DNA from: Mobula hypostoma
Taxonomy: Eukaryota
Length of the DNA stretch: 64,000 bases
Assembly (NCBI RefSeq): GCF_963921235.1
Contig: NC_086108.1
Span: 9,300,001 to 9,364,000, forward strand
Direction of reading: 5' to 3'
In this document: piece after piece, positions 51,366 through 63,478 of the stretch
How positions within the stretch are numbered: the stretch's first letter is position 1
How the letters are laid out: the number at the start of each line of letters is the position of its first letter
Notes under the pieces: generated by a model
Told to the model about the DNA's origin: nothing
Database searches by the model: none
What the model saw: only the letters and a program-made list of their open reading frames with translations
Position numbers and translations under genes: made by a program

Positions 51366-53290
51366 ACATAGAACACTACAGCACAGGAATAGGCCATTCA
51401 ACCCACAATGTTGTGCTGAATCAGCTGAAAAACAAATCCAAAAACAACCATACACTAATCCCTCCTACTTACACAACGTTCATATCCTTCCATCTTCCTT
51501 ACATCCATGTGCCTATCCAAACATCTCTTGAAAGCCTCTAATGTATTTACCTCTACCACCACCCCAGACAGCGCACTCCAGGCGTCCACCAGTCTCTGAG
51601 TGAAACGCTTACCCCTCATGTACCCAGTCTCACCTTTAATGGTATTAGACATTTCAACTCTGGGGAAAAAGATACACTCTGTCTACTCTTTCTGTGTCAC
51701 TCATAATCTAAAAAGCTCTATCAGATCTCCTTTCAGCCTCTGGCGCTGTAGACAAAAGAACCCGAGTTTATCCAGCCTCATAATCTAGGCAGCCCTCTAA
51801 ACTAGGCGGCATCCTGGTAAACCTCTTCTTCACCCTCTCCAAAGCCTCAGCACCCTTCCTGTAGTGGGGTGATCAGAACTGTACGCAATACTCTAGATGT
51901 GGCCTAAACTGAGCTTTATAAAGTTGCAACATAACCTCCTGACTTTTGAACTCAGTGTCTCGACTAATAAAAACAAGCATTCCATAAGCCTTCTTATCGA
52001 CCTGTGTAGCCATTTTCAAGGAGCTATGAACTTGGATCCCAAGATCTCTCTGTTCATCAATACTGTTAAGGACCTTGCCCTTAACAATGTACTGTGTCCT
52101 TGCATTTGCCCTACCAAGGTGCAACACCTCATATTTATCTGCGTTAAACTCCATTTGCTATATCTTAGCCCATAGTTGCAAATGATCTGTACCGTGCAGT
52201 GTTCTTTGCCAGTCTTCTACACTATCCACAACTCCAGCAGTATTGATATCATCTACAAACATATTAACCCACCCATCTACATTTTCATCCAGGTCATTAT
52301 ATACATCACAAAGAGCAGAGGTCCCAGCACAGATCCCCACAGAACTCCACTAATTACAGACCTCCAGCTCAAATAAATCCCTTCAACTCACTACCCTCTG
52401 TTACCTATGACAAGCCAGTTCTGAATCCAAACAGCCAATTTGTCACAGACCCCATGCATCTGAATCTTCTGGATTAGTGAGGGACTTGGTCAAATGCCTT
52501 ACTAAAATCCACATAGACAACATCCACTGCCCTAACCTCATCAATCTCTCTCGTCACCTTGTCAAAACACTCAATCAAGTTGGTAAAGCACGACCTGCCG
52601 CGCACAAAGTCATGTTGACTCTCCCTAATTAGGCCAATGTCATATATCCTATCCCTAAGAATTTTGTCCAGGAACTTGCCTGCAACAAACATGAGACTCA
52701 CCAGTCTGTACTTCCCAGGATTTTCTATTTTTCCCTACTTAAATAGAAGTACGACATCGTCAGTCCTCTGGGACCTTGCCTATGGCTAGAGAGGACACAT
52801 GATACTAGTTAAGGGCTCAGCTGTCTTGTCTCTTGCCTCCTTCAATAACCTGGGGTTAATCCCATTAGGCCCTGAGGATTTATCCACCTTAATAGTCATT
52901 AGGATGCCCAACACTTCCTCCTCCTTGACCTATAAATGCCCTAACGTGTTTATACACTTACCACTGATCTCCTGATCCTCCATATCCTTTTCCTTGGTAA
53001 GTACTGAAGCAAAGTACACATTAAGTACTTCACTCACATTCTCTGCATCCAAGCAAATTTTCCCTCCTTTATCCTTGAGTGGTCCATCCCTCTCCCTAGT
53101 TATCCTCTTGCTTGATGTATGTACTGAATGCCTTAGGACTCACATTGATCCTACTCACCAAGGTCTTTTCATGGCCTATCTTAGTTTTCCTAATTCCTTC
53201 TTTAATTCTTTTCTGGCTTCTTTATACTCCTCGTGCTTCATTTGATCCTGACTTCCGAAGCTTTACACTTTTTCTTTTTCTTCTTGACTG
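51366..53290 (-). mobile_element. Decayed CR1 LINE ORF2 inserted in a + strand CR1 tail
   Basis: ORF fragments VDFSKAFDQVPH and RPHLEYCVQF; the host tail resumes at about 53292. Confidence 0.8.
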
Positions 53291-53821
53291 AATTTAAGAG
53301 ACTCTTAGAAAAAGGATGAAAGGAAAATGGAGGGCTATGGGCTGTGTAAGAAGGAGGGTTAGATTGATCTTAGACTCGATTAAAAAGTTGGCACAACATT
53401 CTAGGCTGAAATGCTTGTACTGTGTTATAGTGTTCGACTTTCCATGAAAACCACCATCTAAAGTTTACACAGAAGAAGATTGGAGAAAAGTGAATTGAGA
53501 ATTTTTCTTTCTCCAAAGTCTTATCCCCACCCATTTTGTTTTGCTAGGATTGATGCCACAATTCAAAAGTTCGAAGTTAATTTTATTATCAAATTATGTA
53601 TATGTCACCATATATAACCTGGAGATTAATATTCTTGCTGGTATACTCAGCAAATCTATAGAATGGTTATTATAACAGAATCAATGTACGATCAACCATA
53701 GAGCAGAAGACAGCAAACTGTGTAAATGCAAATAAAAATAATTAACGAGAACATGAGATAATGAGATAAAGAGTCCTTAAAGTGAGATCATTGGTTTGGG
53801 AACATGTCAATAGTTGGGCAA

Positions 53822-53968
53822 GTGAGTGTGTGTGTGTGTGGGTGAGTGTGTGTGTAACGGAGTGTGTGCATGTTTGTGTGTGTATGTGTGTGTATTTTGA
53901 GTGTGTATGTGTGTGTATTTTGAGTGTGTATGTGTATGTGAGTGTGTATTTTTGTGTGTGAGTGTGTA
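53822..53968. repeat. Imperfect (TG)n microsatellite upstream of the ELM2 exon
   Basis: Seen directly in the sequence. Confidence 0.9.
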
Positions 53969-54015
53969 TACTAAAATTGCAAAGTCCTTACTTCAGGTTC
54001 TGTATCTTCCTGCAG

Positions 54016-54119
54016 TGACAGACCTTCTGAATTTGGCTTGTTCCAGTGTGCTGCCAGAAGGAGGTACCAACCTGGAACTGGCCCTGCATTGTCTGCACGA
54101 CACCCATGGAGATATTTTG
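54016..54119 (+). CDS. znf541: ZNF541-like exon, ELM2 domain C-terminal part ([35 protein letters not shown])
   Basis: cttcctgcag|TG acceptor, TTG|gtaact donor, phase 1 to 0. The [18 protein letters not shown] motif is conserved in ZNF541/TRERF1. Confidence 0.92.
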
Positions 54120-54586
54120 GTAACTGATCATTATGTTTTCAAAGCACAGTGTTTGTTCTGATGTCTTGTTGCATACCTGGTTACACCTGGAACGGTTCAC
54201 ATCAACCTCCCAATAAGCTCTTTAGAATAGACAGTGTATAGCAGGGCAGAAAACTAACACTCTACACTGAATCTTTATTCCTTGGAGCACTGGAAAATGA
54301 GGGATGATCTCGTAGAAATGTATCAAATCATAATGGTGACGGAGTACTAGTCTTTTCCCCAGAGTCCAAAACTAGAGGGCAGATATAAGATAAAACAAAA
54401 GATATATGATAAGATTTAAACGAGATCTGAGAAATAGTGCCTTTACATAGAGGGTAGTGAATACCTGAACTGAGCAATCACAGGAAGTTGTCAAGGCAAG
54501 TACACTTGTGATGTTTAGGAGGCATTTGGATCAGTACATGCAGTGGAGGGGCTTCAAGCATTATGGGCCACGTATGACCAAGTGAA

Positions 54587-55578
54587 ACTAGCAGAGAGGA
54601 TACCATGGTCAGGATGGGGAGCCTAGAAATATCAGAGACGATACCATAGTCTGCATGGGGAGCCTGGGACTTGCAGAGTGGATACTGTGGTCTGCATGGG
54701 GAGCCTGGGACTAGCAGAGTGGATACTGTGGTCCGCATGGGGAGCCTGGGACTTGCAGAGAGGATACTGTGGTCTGCATGGGGAGCCTGGGACTAGCAGA
54801 GTGGATACTGTAGTCTGCATGGGGAGCCTGGGACTAGCAGAGTGGATACTGTGGTCTGCATGGGGAGCCTGGGACTTGCAGAGAGGATGCTGTGGTCTGC
54901 ATGGGGAGCCTGGGACTTGCAGAGTGGATGCTATGGTCTGCATGGGGAGCCTGGGACTTGCAGAGGGGATACTGTGGTCTGCATGGGGAGCCTGGGACTT
55001 GCAGAGAGGATACTGTGGTCTGCATGGGGAGCCTGGGACTAGCAGAGTGGATACTGTGGTCCACATGGGGAGCCTGGGACTAGCAGAGTGGATACTGTGG
55101 TCCGCATGGGGAGCCTGGGACTTGCAGAGAGGATACTGTGGTCTGCATGGGGAGCCTGGGACTTGCAGAGTGGATGCTGTGGTCTGCATGGGGAGCCTGG
55201 GACTTGCAGAGAGGATACTGTGGTCTGCATGGGGAGCCTGGGACTTGCAGAGTGGATGCTGTGGTCTGCATGGGGAGCCTGGGACTTGCAGAGGGGATAC
55301 TGTGGTCTGCATGGGGAGCCTGGGACTTGCAGAGGGGATACTGTGGTCTGCATGGGGAGCCTGGGACTTGCAGAGTGGATACTGTGGTCTGCATGGGGAG
55401 CCTGGGACTTGCAGAGTGGATACTGTGGTCTGCATGGGGAGTCTGGGACTTGCAGAGTGGATACTGTGGTCTGCATGGGGAGCCTGGGACTAGCAGAGTG
55501 GATGCTGTGGTCTGCATGGGGAGTCTGGGACTTGCAGAGTGGATGCTGTGGTCTGCATGAGGAGCCTGGGTCTTGCAG
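54587..55578. repeat. 41-bp minisatellite, left array (about 24 units)
   Basis: Unit gtggtctgcatggggagcctgggacttgcagagtggatact. Confidence 0.95.
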
Positions 55579-58500
55579 TTACGAGACACTCCAAACCACA
55601 CCAGCTTCCGAGATTTAAATACTGTAATTCTCAGAGGATGGATAGCTGGCGCAGCCTCTTTAAGGGCTTAGGATATTTCCGGTAATTGATAATCATGATT
55701 TGGGTGCCAAGAATTGAGTATTTAAGAAACACCTGAACATAGGTTCGGTGGTCAATTGTAAACCTACCAGTTTTTTCATCTAGTGCTTGTTTGGTGCTCA
55801 GTTTCTCGATCCCGTTTCAAGCCTAGCCTCGGATACTCCAGCATTTGGGTCCAAGCAATCCTCGTCAGAGACTCTCATCACGGTATGATTGAGCCAGTAT
55901 GGACCCAGCAGGGTATCAGTGTCCTTTGTCCGCTATGACCTGCCACAGCAAAGGTATTTCCAGACAGCCTGGAGATTCATGCTCTCCAGGTAGACGTTAG
56001 TCAACTTTTGCAAGGAGGAAGCCAAATTGTATCGGGAGAACCAGTGGGTCCCGCTCTGGAGCCCTGGAGATATTCAACGGTAACCCGGGCTTTTGGCGTG
56101 GCTTCCTCACTTAATGCTCGTTAGTATTTGAAGTGCAGCCGTCCCAGTTGCCTTTGAAGCCCAGAAAAGTAGCCTTCATTATCTCTGTTCTGACTGGAAG
56201 AGCCCTGGCCTGGGCCACCACACATTGGAACGTAGGTCAGACTTCTGTGCAGATTCAGAGGAGTTCATGGCTGCCATGAGGAAGTTGTTTCATCACCCAA
56301 CTGGAGCCAGCCGAGCCTCAGACTGCCTGATGAAGATTCAATAAGGTGGACAGTTGGTGGCCGACTATGTGATCAAATTTCGGACCCCCAAAAGGAGGCC
56401 TTAGCCACACTTTACCGCCATAGACTCCGAGACAAACTGAAGGATGCCCTTGCCTTGGGAGAGCTAGCAGAGAGCTTAGAGGTTCTTATTGACTAGTCCA
56501 TCTGCTCGATAATCATCTGGCAGAGTAAAAGTGGGACCACTTCAGGAGGTCGATGCGAGCCAGTCTGAGCCCGGTCCCTCCGCTTCGCAGTTTGACTCCC
56601 CAGTCTCGCATCATAATCAGCCTGTCGCTGCTCAAGATCCAGTTGAACCCATATGGGTTTGAACGGTTGCACTAGACTCTCCACTGAGGAGGGGTTCCAG
56701 CATTGGAGTCAAGGTTGCTACTTTTACTGTGGGGAAGCAGGTCACCTGCGGGCTGAATATCTGAAGCTGCAGCCACCTGGGGAACTGCCAAGACCATTCA
56801 GTGTTAGGAGGACTGTGACTGTAGCAGCCACTACGCCCAATCCTACAGATTCTGGTTTCATGCCGAAGGCAGAGTTCACCTGGGGTAAGAACTTGAGACA
56901 GGTGAAGGCTTTTGTGGACTTGGGAACAGTGGGTAATTTTCTGAATGTAGAAACCACCCATTGGTTTGACATACCACTGAGAGAGTTGAGTCATTCTTTG
57001 CTGGTAACTGTCTTGGATGGCCGACCGCTAAGTTCCGGGCAGATGCAGCAACAGACTGTGGTTTTGCAGATGAAGTTGAGGGATCATGTGGAAGACATTC
57101 ATTTCTACATCATTAACTCACCACTCATACCCTGATCCTCAGGCACCCTTGGCTGTCCCAGCATAACCGATCTGTGGACTGGAAGAAAAGGAGAATCATT
57201 GCTTGGTCCAGTCATTGTGGGAGGCTTTGTTTATGGCATGGTGTTCCAACATGGCATGGTGGCCCAGACTCTCCAGTGACCAACCTGTAAGGGAACCTGA
57301 GACCTTCCAGAGACCAAGTCCAGTCCTCAAGAGCAGACAGGTTGGTTCTGGACAATGCGAAGTGCAAGTCTTGACACAGTCTAGTCAGAATGCCACAGGA
57401 AGGAGAGAGAGGGAATTTCTAGGTCAGGAGAAGACCACGGAGATGCCCGAGCAATCTGGGAGAAGCCACTATGCTGAAGGAAATTAGTTGCCAGGTCTCA
57501 AGGAAGGGAAAGACTCCCTTACACCTGAAGCCCATTCTTGGAGATGCAAGAACCCTCTGTAATACCTCATCGTCGTTGCCTGAGGATACAGACAGCGAGT
57601 CGGACTCTGCTTTGACCACTGTTTCCACAGATGAACTTTGTGGGCCCATCGAATCAACCATCACCAAAGAAGACTCAGGAGTCATCCTCGAAGGAAGGTC
57701 CGGAGTAGATAGCAACACCCAGACCAGTCCAAATCCCCTCTGTTTACAAGAACTTAAAGGAGGTCTTCAGCAAGGGAAAGGCCTCGACTCTTCCATTGCT
57801 GACCCAGCAACTGTGCTATAGACCTGCTACCTGGTACTTGTCACTACGGGGTCGATTGTACCCACTCTTAGGCCCAGAGAGAAGCACAACAGAAGAGTAT
57901 ATTAAGGAAGCTGTTGCCCAGGGCTTCATTGTACCCTCCAGCTCCGTACAAAAGAAAGATGGGAGTCTGGGGCTGTGCATTGATTACGGGATAAAACCGC
58001 ATAACAACCAAGAATCGCTACCCCTTCCTCTTATGAATACAGCTTTTGAGATGCTCCAAGGGGCAAGGGTATTCACAAAATTAGACCTCCAGAGTGCCTA
58101 CAATCTGATATCAGGAAGGGCGATGAACTCAATACACCAACAGGGCACTACAAGTACCAGATTATGCCTTTCGGCCTTGTGAACACACCAGCCATTTTCC
58201 AAGCCTTTTTAACTGACGTGCTCTTGGATACTCCATAAGTGTGCCTCCGTCTACTTGGATGATGTCCTAATCTTTTAGAAGTCCATGGAGGAGCATGTTG
58301 CTCATGTCAGGGACATTTTAAAGAGGCTAATAGACCATGGACTTTACATCAAGCTGGAGAAGTCCGAGTTTCATGTGACGACTGGTTCATTTTTGGGTTT
58401 CATCATCTCTAATGGTAATCTCGAGATGGACCCTACCAAGACCCAGGCAGTCAGAGACTGGCCACCACCATTCAATATCAAACAGGTCCAGCGATTCCTG

Positions 58501-60551
58501 AGGTTGCTTACTTCTACTGGAAGTTCATAGAAACTTCAGCTCAGTTGCAGCTCCACTAATGGCCACAACTAAGGAATCCATGGGCCCTTTTATCTGGAGT
58601 ACTAAAATAGAGGCTGTTTTTGCAGAGCTTAAACAGCAGTTTACTACAGCTCCCATCTTGGCTTCTCTTAACCTGGATCTTCCCTTCATTGTGGAGGTAG
58701 ACACCTCAGATATTGGGGTAGGTGCCGTCTTGTCTCAATGATCACCTTTGGACAGTAAACTACACACAGGCGGCTCTCCCCGGCAGAGAGAAACTATGAC
58801 ATCAGGAATCAGGAGCTTCTTGCCAAGTTTGCTTTGGAGGAATGATGTCACTGGCTGGAGGGGGCCAAGAACCCTTTTATTGCTTGGACTGACCATGAAA
58901 GCCTAGCCTATATTTAGGAGGCCTAAAAGCTGAATTCCAGCCAGGCCAAGGGGAGATTCCTGAGAACGGTCCCTGGGTTGGCTGTTTGTCCAGTCCCAGG
59001 TACTCCAATGGGAACATTCGTCAAGAATGATCATACACCCAGGGATTGCCAGGACCCTGGGTTTTATCAAGAGGAGGTATTGGTGGCCTGGAATGACAGG
59101 AGAAGTTCGGCAGTATGTTCAGGCATGTGAGATGTGCACGCTGTACAAGGAGCCCCATCCCCAACCTCCACCCCCTACTCATTCCGAAAAAATCTTGAGC
59201 TCACATCTCCATAGACCTTGTCACAGGTCTCCCACCATCCAGGGGGAAATCTGTCATCACAGTGGTTGTTGATGGGTTTTCGAGAGCCTGCAAGTTCATT
59301 CCCTTGGAAAAGCTACCTTCCACAGCGGAGATGGCCGAAATTGTCCTGGACCAGGTCTTCAGAATCTACAGATTCCTGGTGGACAATTCCTCAGATCGTG
59401 GTCCAAAGTTCTCATCACTTTTCTGGAAGACTTTCTATTAACTGATAGGGACGTCAGCAAGCCTTTCCTCTAGGTTTCACCCACAGTCCAATGACTAGAT
59501 GGAGCAGACCAACCGAGATGTAGAATCTGGCCTCAGAAAGACTACTGGATGTGGGCAGAGATCACCCATAACACCATATAGTGCTCAGCGCATGGAATGT
59601 CGCCATTCAAGTGTGAGTTTGATTATCCTCTGATTCCTTATGGAACAAGAAGCCGAGGTTGGGGTCCCTGTGACAGAAGATCTTGTCCAATGCTGTAAGT
59701 TGGATGAGGGCAAGAGAGATTTTGCTGGCCTCAGCCTGGAGAGCAGAGACCAAAGCAAACCAAAGGAGAAGTTTGGGACCCGCATTACAGCCTGGCAACA
59801 GGTCTTGCTGTCTATTCATGATTTACCTCTCTGAGTGGGATCTAGAAAGTTGGCACCCAAGTTCATTGGTCCCTTTAAGATGCTGAGGATTGTTAAACTG
59901 GTGCCTTACACGTTACAACTCCCCAGAACCCGAAAGATCAACCCTACCTTACACATCTCTAAATTAAAACCTGTCTGCACCAGCCCCTTAGCTCCACCAC
60001 CATCAGCCCCACTGCTATCCAGGTTTATTGATGGGGATCAGGTCTACATGGTGAAAGGGTTTTTGGATTTGCGTGCTGTTCAAGTTGTTTGGCAATACCT
60101 GGTGGACTGGGAGGGATTCAGACTGGAGAAAAGGTGCTGGGTGCCAGAAAGAGACATCCTGGATCCAAACTCTCCACGATAACCATCACTGCCTCTCCGA
60201 GCAACCAGGGCCATCAGGAGTCACCAATGGGGTGGGGTGCAGATGGTCTTATTAAAAGACGCTTCCAACCGTGCCAGCTTCCAAAGAGTTAAATGCGCTA
60301 ACTCTGTGGAGCAGTGTAGCTGGTGCGGTCTCTTAAAGAGCTCAGGACGCTCCTGTTTTGGGTGCCAACAATAAAGTATTTAAGGAACATCTGAACATAG
60401 GTTCAGTGCTCAATTGCAAGCCTACATTGATTTCGACCAGCATTTGTTTTGTGCTCAGTTTCTTGATCCCACCTGGGACCGTGTCTTGATCCCAGCTTGG
60501 GATACTCCAGCATTTGAGTCCGAGCCATCTGCATCAAGGACTCCTGTCATG
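55577..60551 (+). mobile_element. Decayed Ty3/Gypsy chromovirus (Sushi-like) with both LTRs
   Basis: LTRs at about 55577-55882 and 60250-60551. gag ATG GAC CCA GCA at 55899, CCHC remnant (FYCGEAGH), protease (AFVDLG..GNFL), RT ([25 protein letters not shown]), RNase H (FIVEVDTSDIGVGAVL), integrase (HPGI...YWWP...CxxC, KFIGPF), chromodomain (YLVDWEGF...WVP). Many stops and frameshifts. Confidence 0.92.
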
Positions 60552-61945
60552 ATTATGGTCAGCATGGGGAGTCTGGGGCTCGCAGAGAGGATATTGTCAG
60601 AATGGGGAGCCTGGGACTGGCAGAGAGGATATTGTTGTGGAAATGGGGAACCAGAGACTAGCAGAGAGGATACCGTGGTAAGGATGGGGAGCCTGGGACT
60701 AACAGAGAGGATACCATGGTAAGGATGGGGAACCTGGGACTAGCAGAGAGAATACTGTGGTAAGGATGGGGAACCTGGGACTACCAGAGAGAATACTGTG
60801 GTAAGAATGGGGAGCCTGTGGCTCGCAGAGAGGATATTGTCAGAATGGGGAGCCTGGGACTAGCAGAGAGGATATTGTTGTGGAAATGGGGAACCAGAGA
60901 CTAGCAGAGAGGATACTGTGGTAAGGATGGGGAACCAGAGACTAGCAGAGAGGATACCGTGGTAAGGATGGGGAACCTGGGACTAGCAGAGAGAATACCG
61001 TGGTAAGAATGGGGAGCCTGGGGCTCGCAGAGAGAATACCGTGGTAAGGATGGGGAACCTGGGACTGGCAGAGAGGATACCGTGGTAAGGATGGGGAACC
61101 TGGGACTAACAGAGAGAATACTGTGGTAAGAATGGGGAGCCTGGGGCTCGCAGAGAGGATATTGTCAGAATGGGGAGCCTGGGACTAGCAGAGAGAATAC
61201 TGTGGTAAGGATGGGGAGCCTGGGACTAGCAGAGAGAATACCGTGGTAAGGATGGGGAACCTGGGACTGGCAGAGAGGATACCGTGGTAAGGATGGGGAA
61301 CCTGGGACTGGCAGAGAGGATACCGTGGTAAGGATGGGGAACCTGGGACTAACAGAGAGAATACTGTGGTAAGAATGGGGAGCCTGGGGCTCGCAGAGAG
61401 GATATTGTCAGAATGGGGAGCCTGGGACTAGCAGAGAGAATACTGTGGTAAGGATGGGGAGCCTGGGACTAGCAGAGAGAATACCGTGGTAAGGATGGGG
61501 AACCTGGGACTGGCAGAGAGGATACCGTGGTAAGGATGGGGAACCTGGGACTGGCAGAGAGGATACCGTGGTAAGGATCGGGAACCTGGGACTGGCAGAG
61601 AGGATACCGTGGTAAGGATGGGGAACCTGGGACTGGCAGAGAGAATACTGTTGTGGAAATGGGGAACCAGAGACTAGCAGAGAGGATACCGTGGTAAGGA
61701 TGGGGAGCCTGGGACTGGCAGAGAGAATACCGTGGTAAGGATGGGGAACCTGGGACTGGCAGAGAGGATACTGTGGTAAGGATGGGGAACCTGAGACTAG
61801 CAGAGAGGATACCGTGGTAAGGATGGGGAACCTGGGACTAGCAGAGAGGAGTCCATGGTCAACACAGGGAGCCTGAGACTGGTAGCGAGGTTACTGTGGT
61901 TGTCATGGGGAGTCTGGGACTAGCCAAGAGGATATGGTGGTCAGC
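60552..61945. repeat. 41-bp minisatellite, right array (about 34 units, with 38-bp variant units)
   Basis: Unit gtggtaaggatggggaacctgggactagcagagaggatacc; homologous to the left array. Confidence 0.95.
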
Positions 61946-62029
61946 ATCGGCATGGACTCTGCTGTGCTGAAGGGCCTGGTCCATGTTGTATGTCTCTACG
62001 ACATAATGCACGTAAAAGGACTTCCTGAG

Positions 62030-62445
62030 ATCATTATCATCATCATTCTGTGCTGTGTTGTGTGACGTGGGCGATCATGGTCTTTCCGTGACCATGATTG
62101 TTCTTGGCAAATCTTTCCACAGAAGTAGTTTGCCATTGCCTCCTTCTGGGCAGTGTCTTTACAAGACGGGTGACCCCCCCCCCGTAACCATTATCAGTGC
62201 TCTTCAGAGACTGTCTGCCCCGCGTCAGTGGCCGCATAACAAGGGCTTGTGATATGCACCATCTGCTCATACGACCATCGCCACCCGCTCCTATAGCGCT
62301 TAACATGACCCTGATTGGAGGGGGTGTTGTGTGTGGGGGGGCTAAGCAGGTGCTACACCTTGCCCAAGGGTGACCTGCAGGCTCGCGGAGTGAAGGAGTG
62401 CCTTACACCTCCTTTAGTGGAGACATTCCTCCACCCTGCCATCCA
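62030..62445 (-). mobile_element. SINE-like repeat with RTE/Sauria-like tail (copy 4)
   Basis: Reverse complement of 1988-2330; (ATG)n-type tail. Confidence 0.65.
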
Positions 62446-62572
62446 CCTGAGAGTATATTTATTTAAAATTTAGATGCAAGACTATCATGAAATAAATGAA
62501 GTTGAAGGCAAAAATCTGTAATGAATAAGAGATGGTAGATCCCTCTAACTTTGGGATGGGCCATTGGAATAA

Positions 62573-63186
62573 CACTGGACAACCATTTTTTTTCAGAAGT
62601 ATTGCTTCCTTAGTAATTTTGTTTGTTTATGATAGACTTATTGAAGCTGAACACAAATATAATTTCAGACTGCTTGTACCACATAGGAGTTTGGAGAAAC
62701 AAGAAGTTAACTTTTATTGTATATAATGTGTTTAATTGCATAATAGTGTTGACACTTTGTAATAGTTCAACTAAGCTAAAAATTTTTTGTTGATAATTTT
62801 CATTTGTACTCAGTGTCTGAGGCTTCTCGTTTAAGTGTCAGCCAGCCTGATGATTCCAGTTACCCTGATACCATTTCTCCATGACTGCAATGTCCTGATG
62901 AAACTTTTCACCATGCTCGTCACTGACAGCGCCAAGATTTGCAGGGAAGTCTAAATGGGAATGCAGAAAATGAATCTTCAGTGACAATTTGCACTTAAAG
63001 GTTTCAGATTGCATTGTAGGCAACACCTTTAAATGACTTGAATTATGAATTGACATAACAAATATAGGTGATTTCAAAAAATGGTGCATGATAGGGAAAT
63101 TTCATAGTGATTTTCATGATCAGCAGCCCAAAATTCATAAGAATCACGCAAAATTATTCAGGAAGCAAAATCCTTTTTGTCCAGTA
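62573..63186 (-). mobile_element. Chapaev3-like DNA transposon, internal deletion derivative
   Basis: TIRs CACTGGACAA (62573) and TTGTCCAGTA (63177-63186), shared subterminal ttgcttcct..taattttg, and TWA-type flanks (TAA/TTA). Transposase remnant SLKIHFLHSHLDF.NLGAVSDEHGEKFHQDI..MEK.YQG. Confidence 0.75.
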
Positions 63187-63221
63187 TTATTGCACCATGA
63201 GTCAGCTTCTATAAAGCTCTG

Positions 63222-63478
63222 GTTTGACCACACTTGGAATATTGTGTTTAGTTCTGGTCGCCTCATTAATGGAAAGATGTGGAAGCTTTAGAGAGGATGC
63301 AGAGGAGATTTACCAGGATGCTGCCTGGATTAGAGGGCATGTCTTATGAGGAAAGGTTGAGTGAGTTTGGGCTTTTCTCTTTGGAATGAAAGAGGATGAG
63401 GGATGATTCGATAGAGGTATACAAAATGACTCAAGGCATTGATTGCTCCTTTTTCCCGGGGTGGAAATGGCTAATATG
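63222..63478 (+). mobile_element. CR1 LINE fragment
   Basis: gaccacacttggaatattgtg..cagaggagatttaccaggatgctgcctgga CR1 RT C-terminal motif. Confidence 0.7.

Noticed and set aside
54478..55618. Long ORFs on both strands (up to 271 aa) with repeating peptides
   Set aside because: Artefacts of the stop-poor 41-bp minisatellite; no splice or homology support.
55899..60182. Domesticated Sushi-derived gene (PEG10/RTL-like)
   Set aside because: Numerous stops and frameshifts, a mutated protease motif and retained LTRs indicate a decayed insertion.
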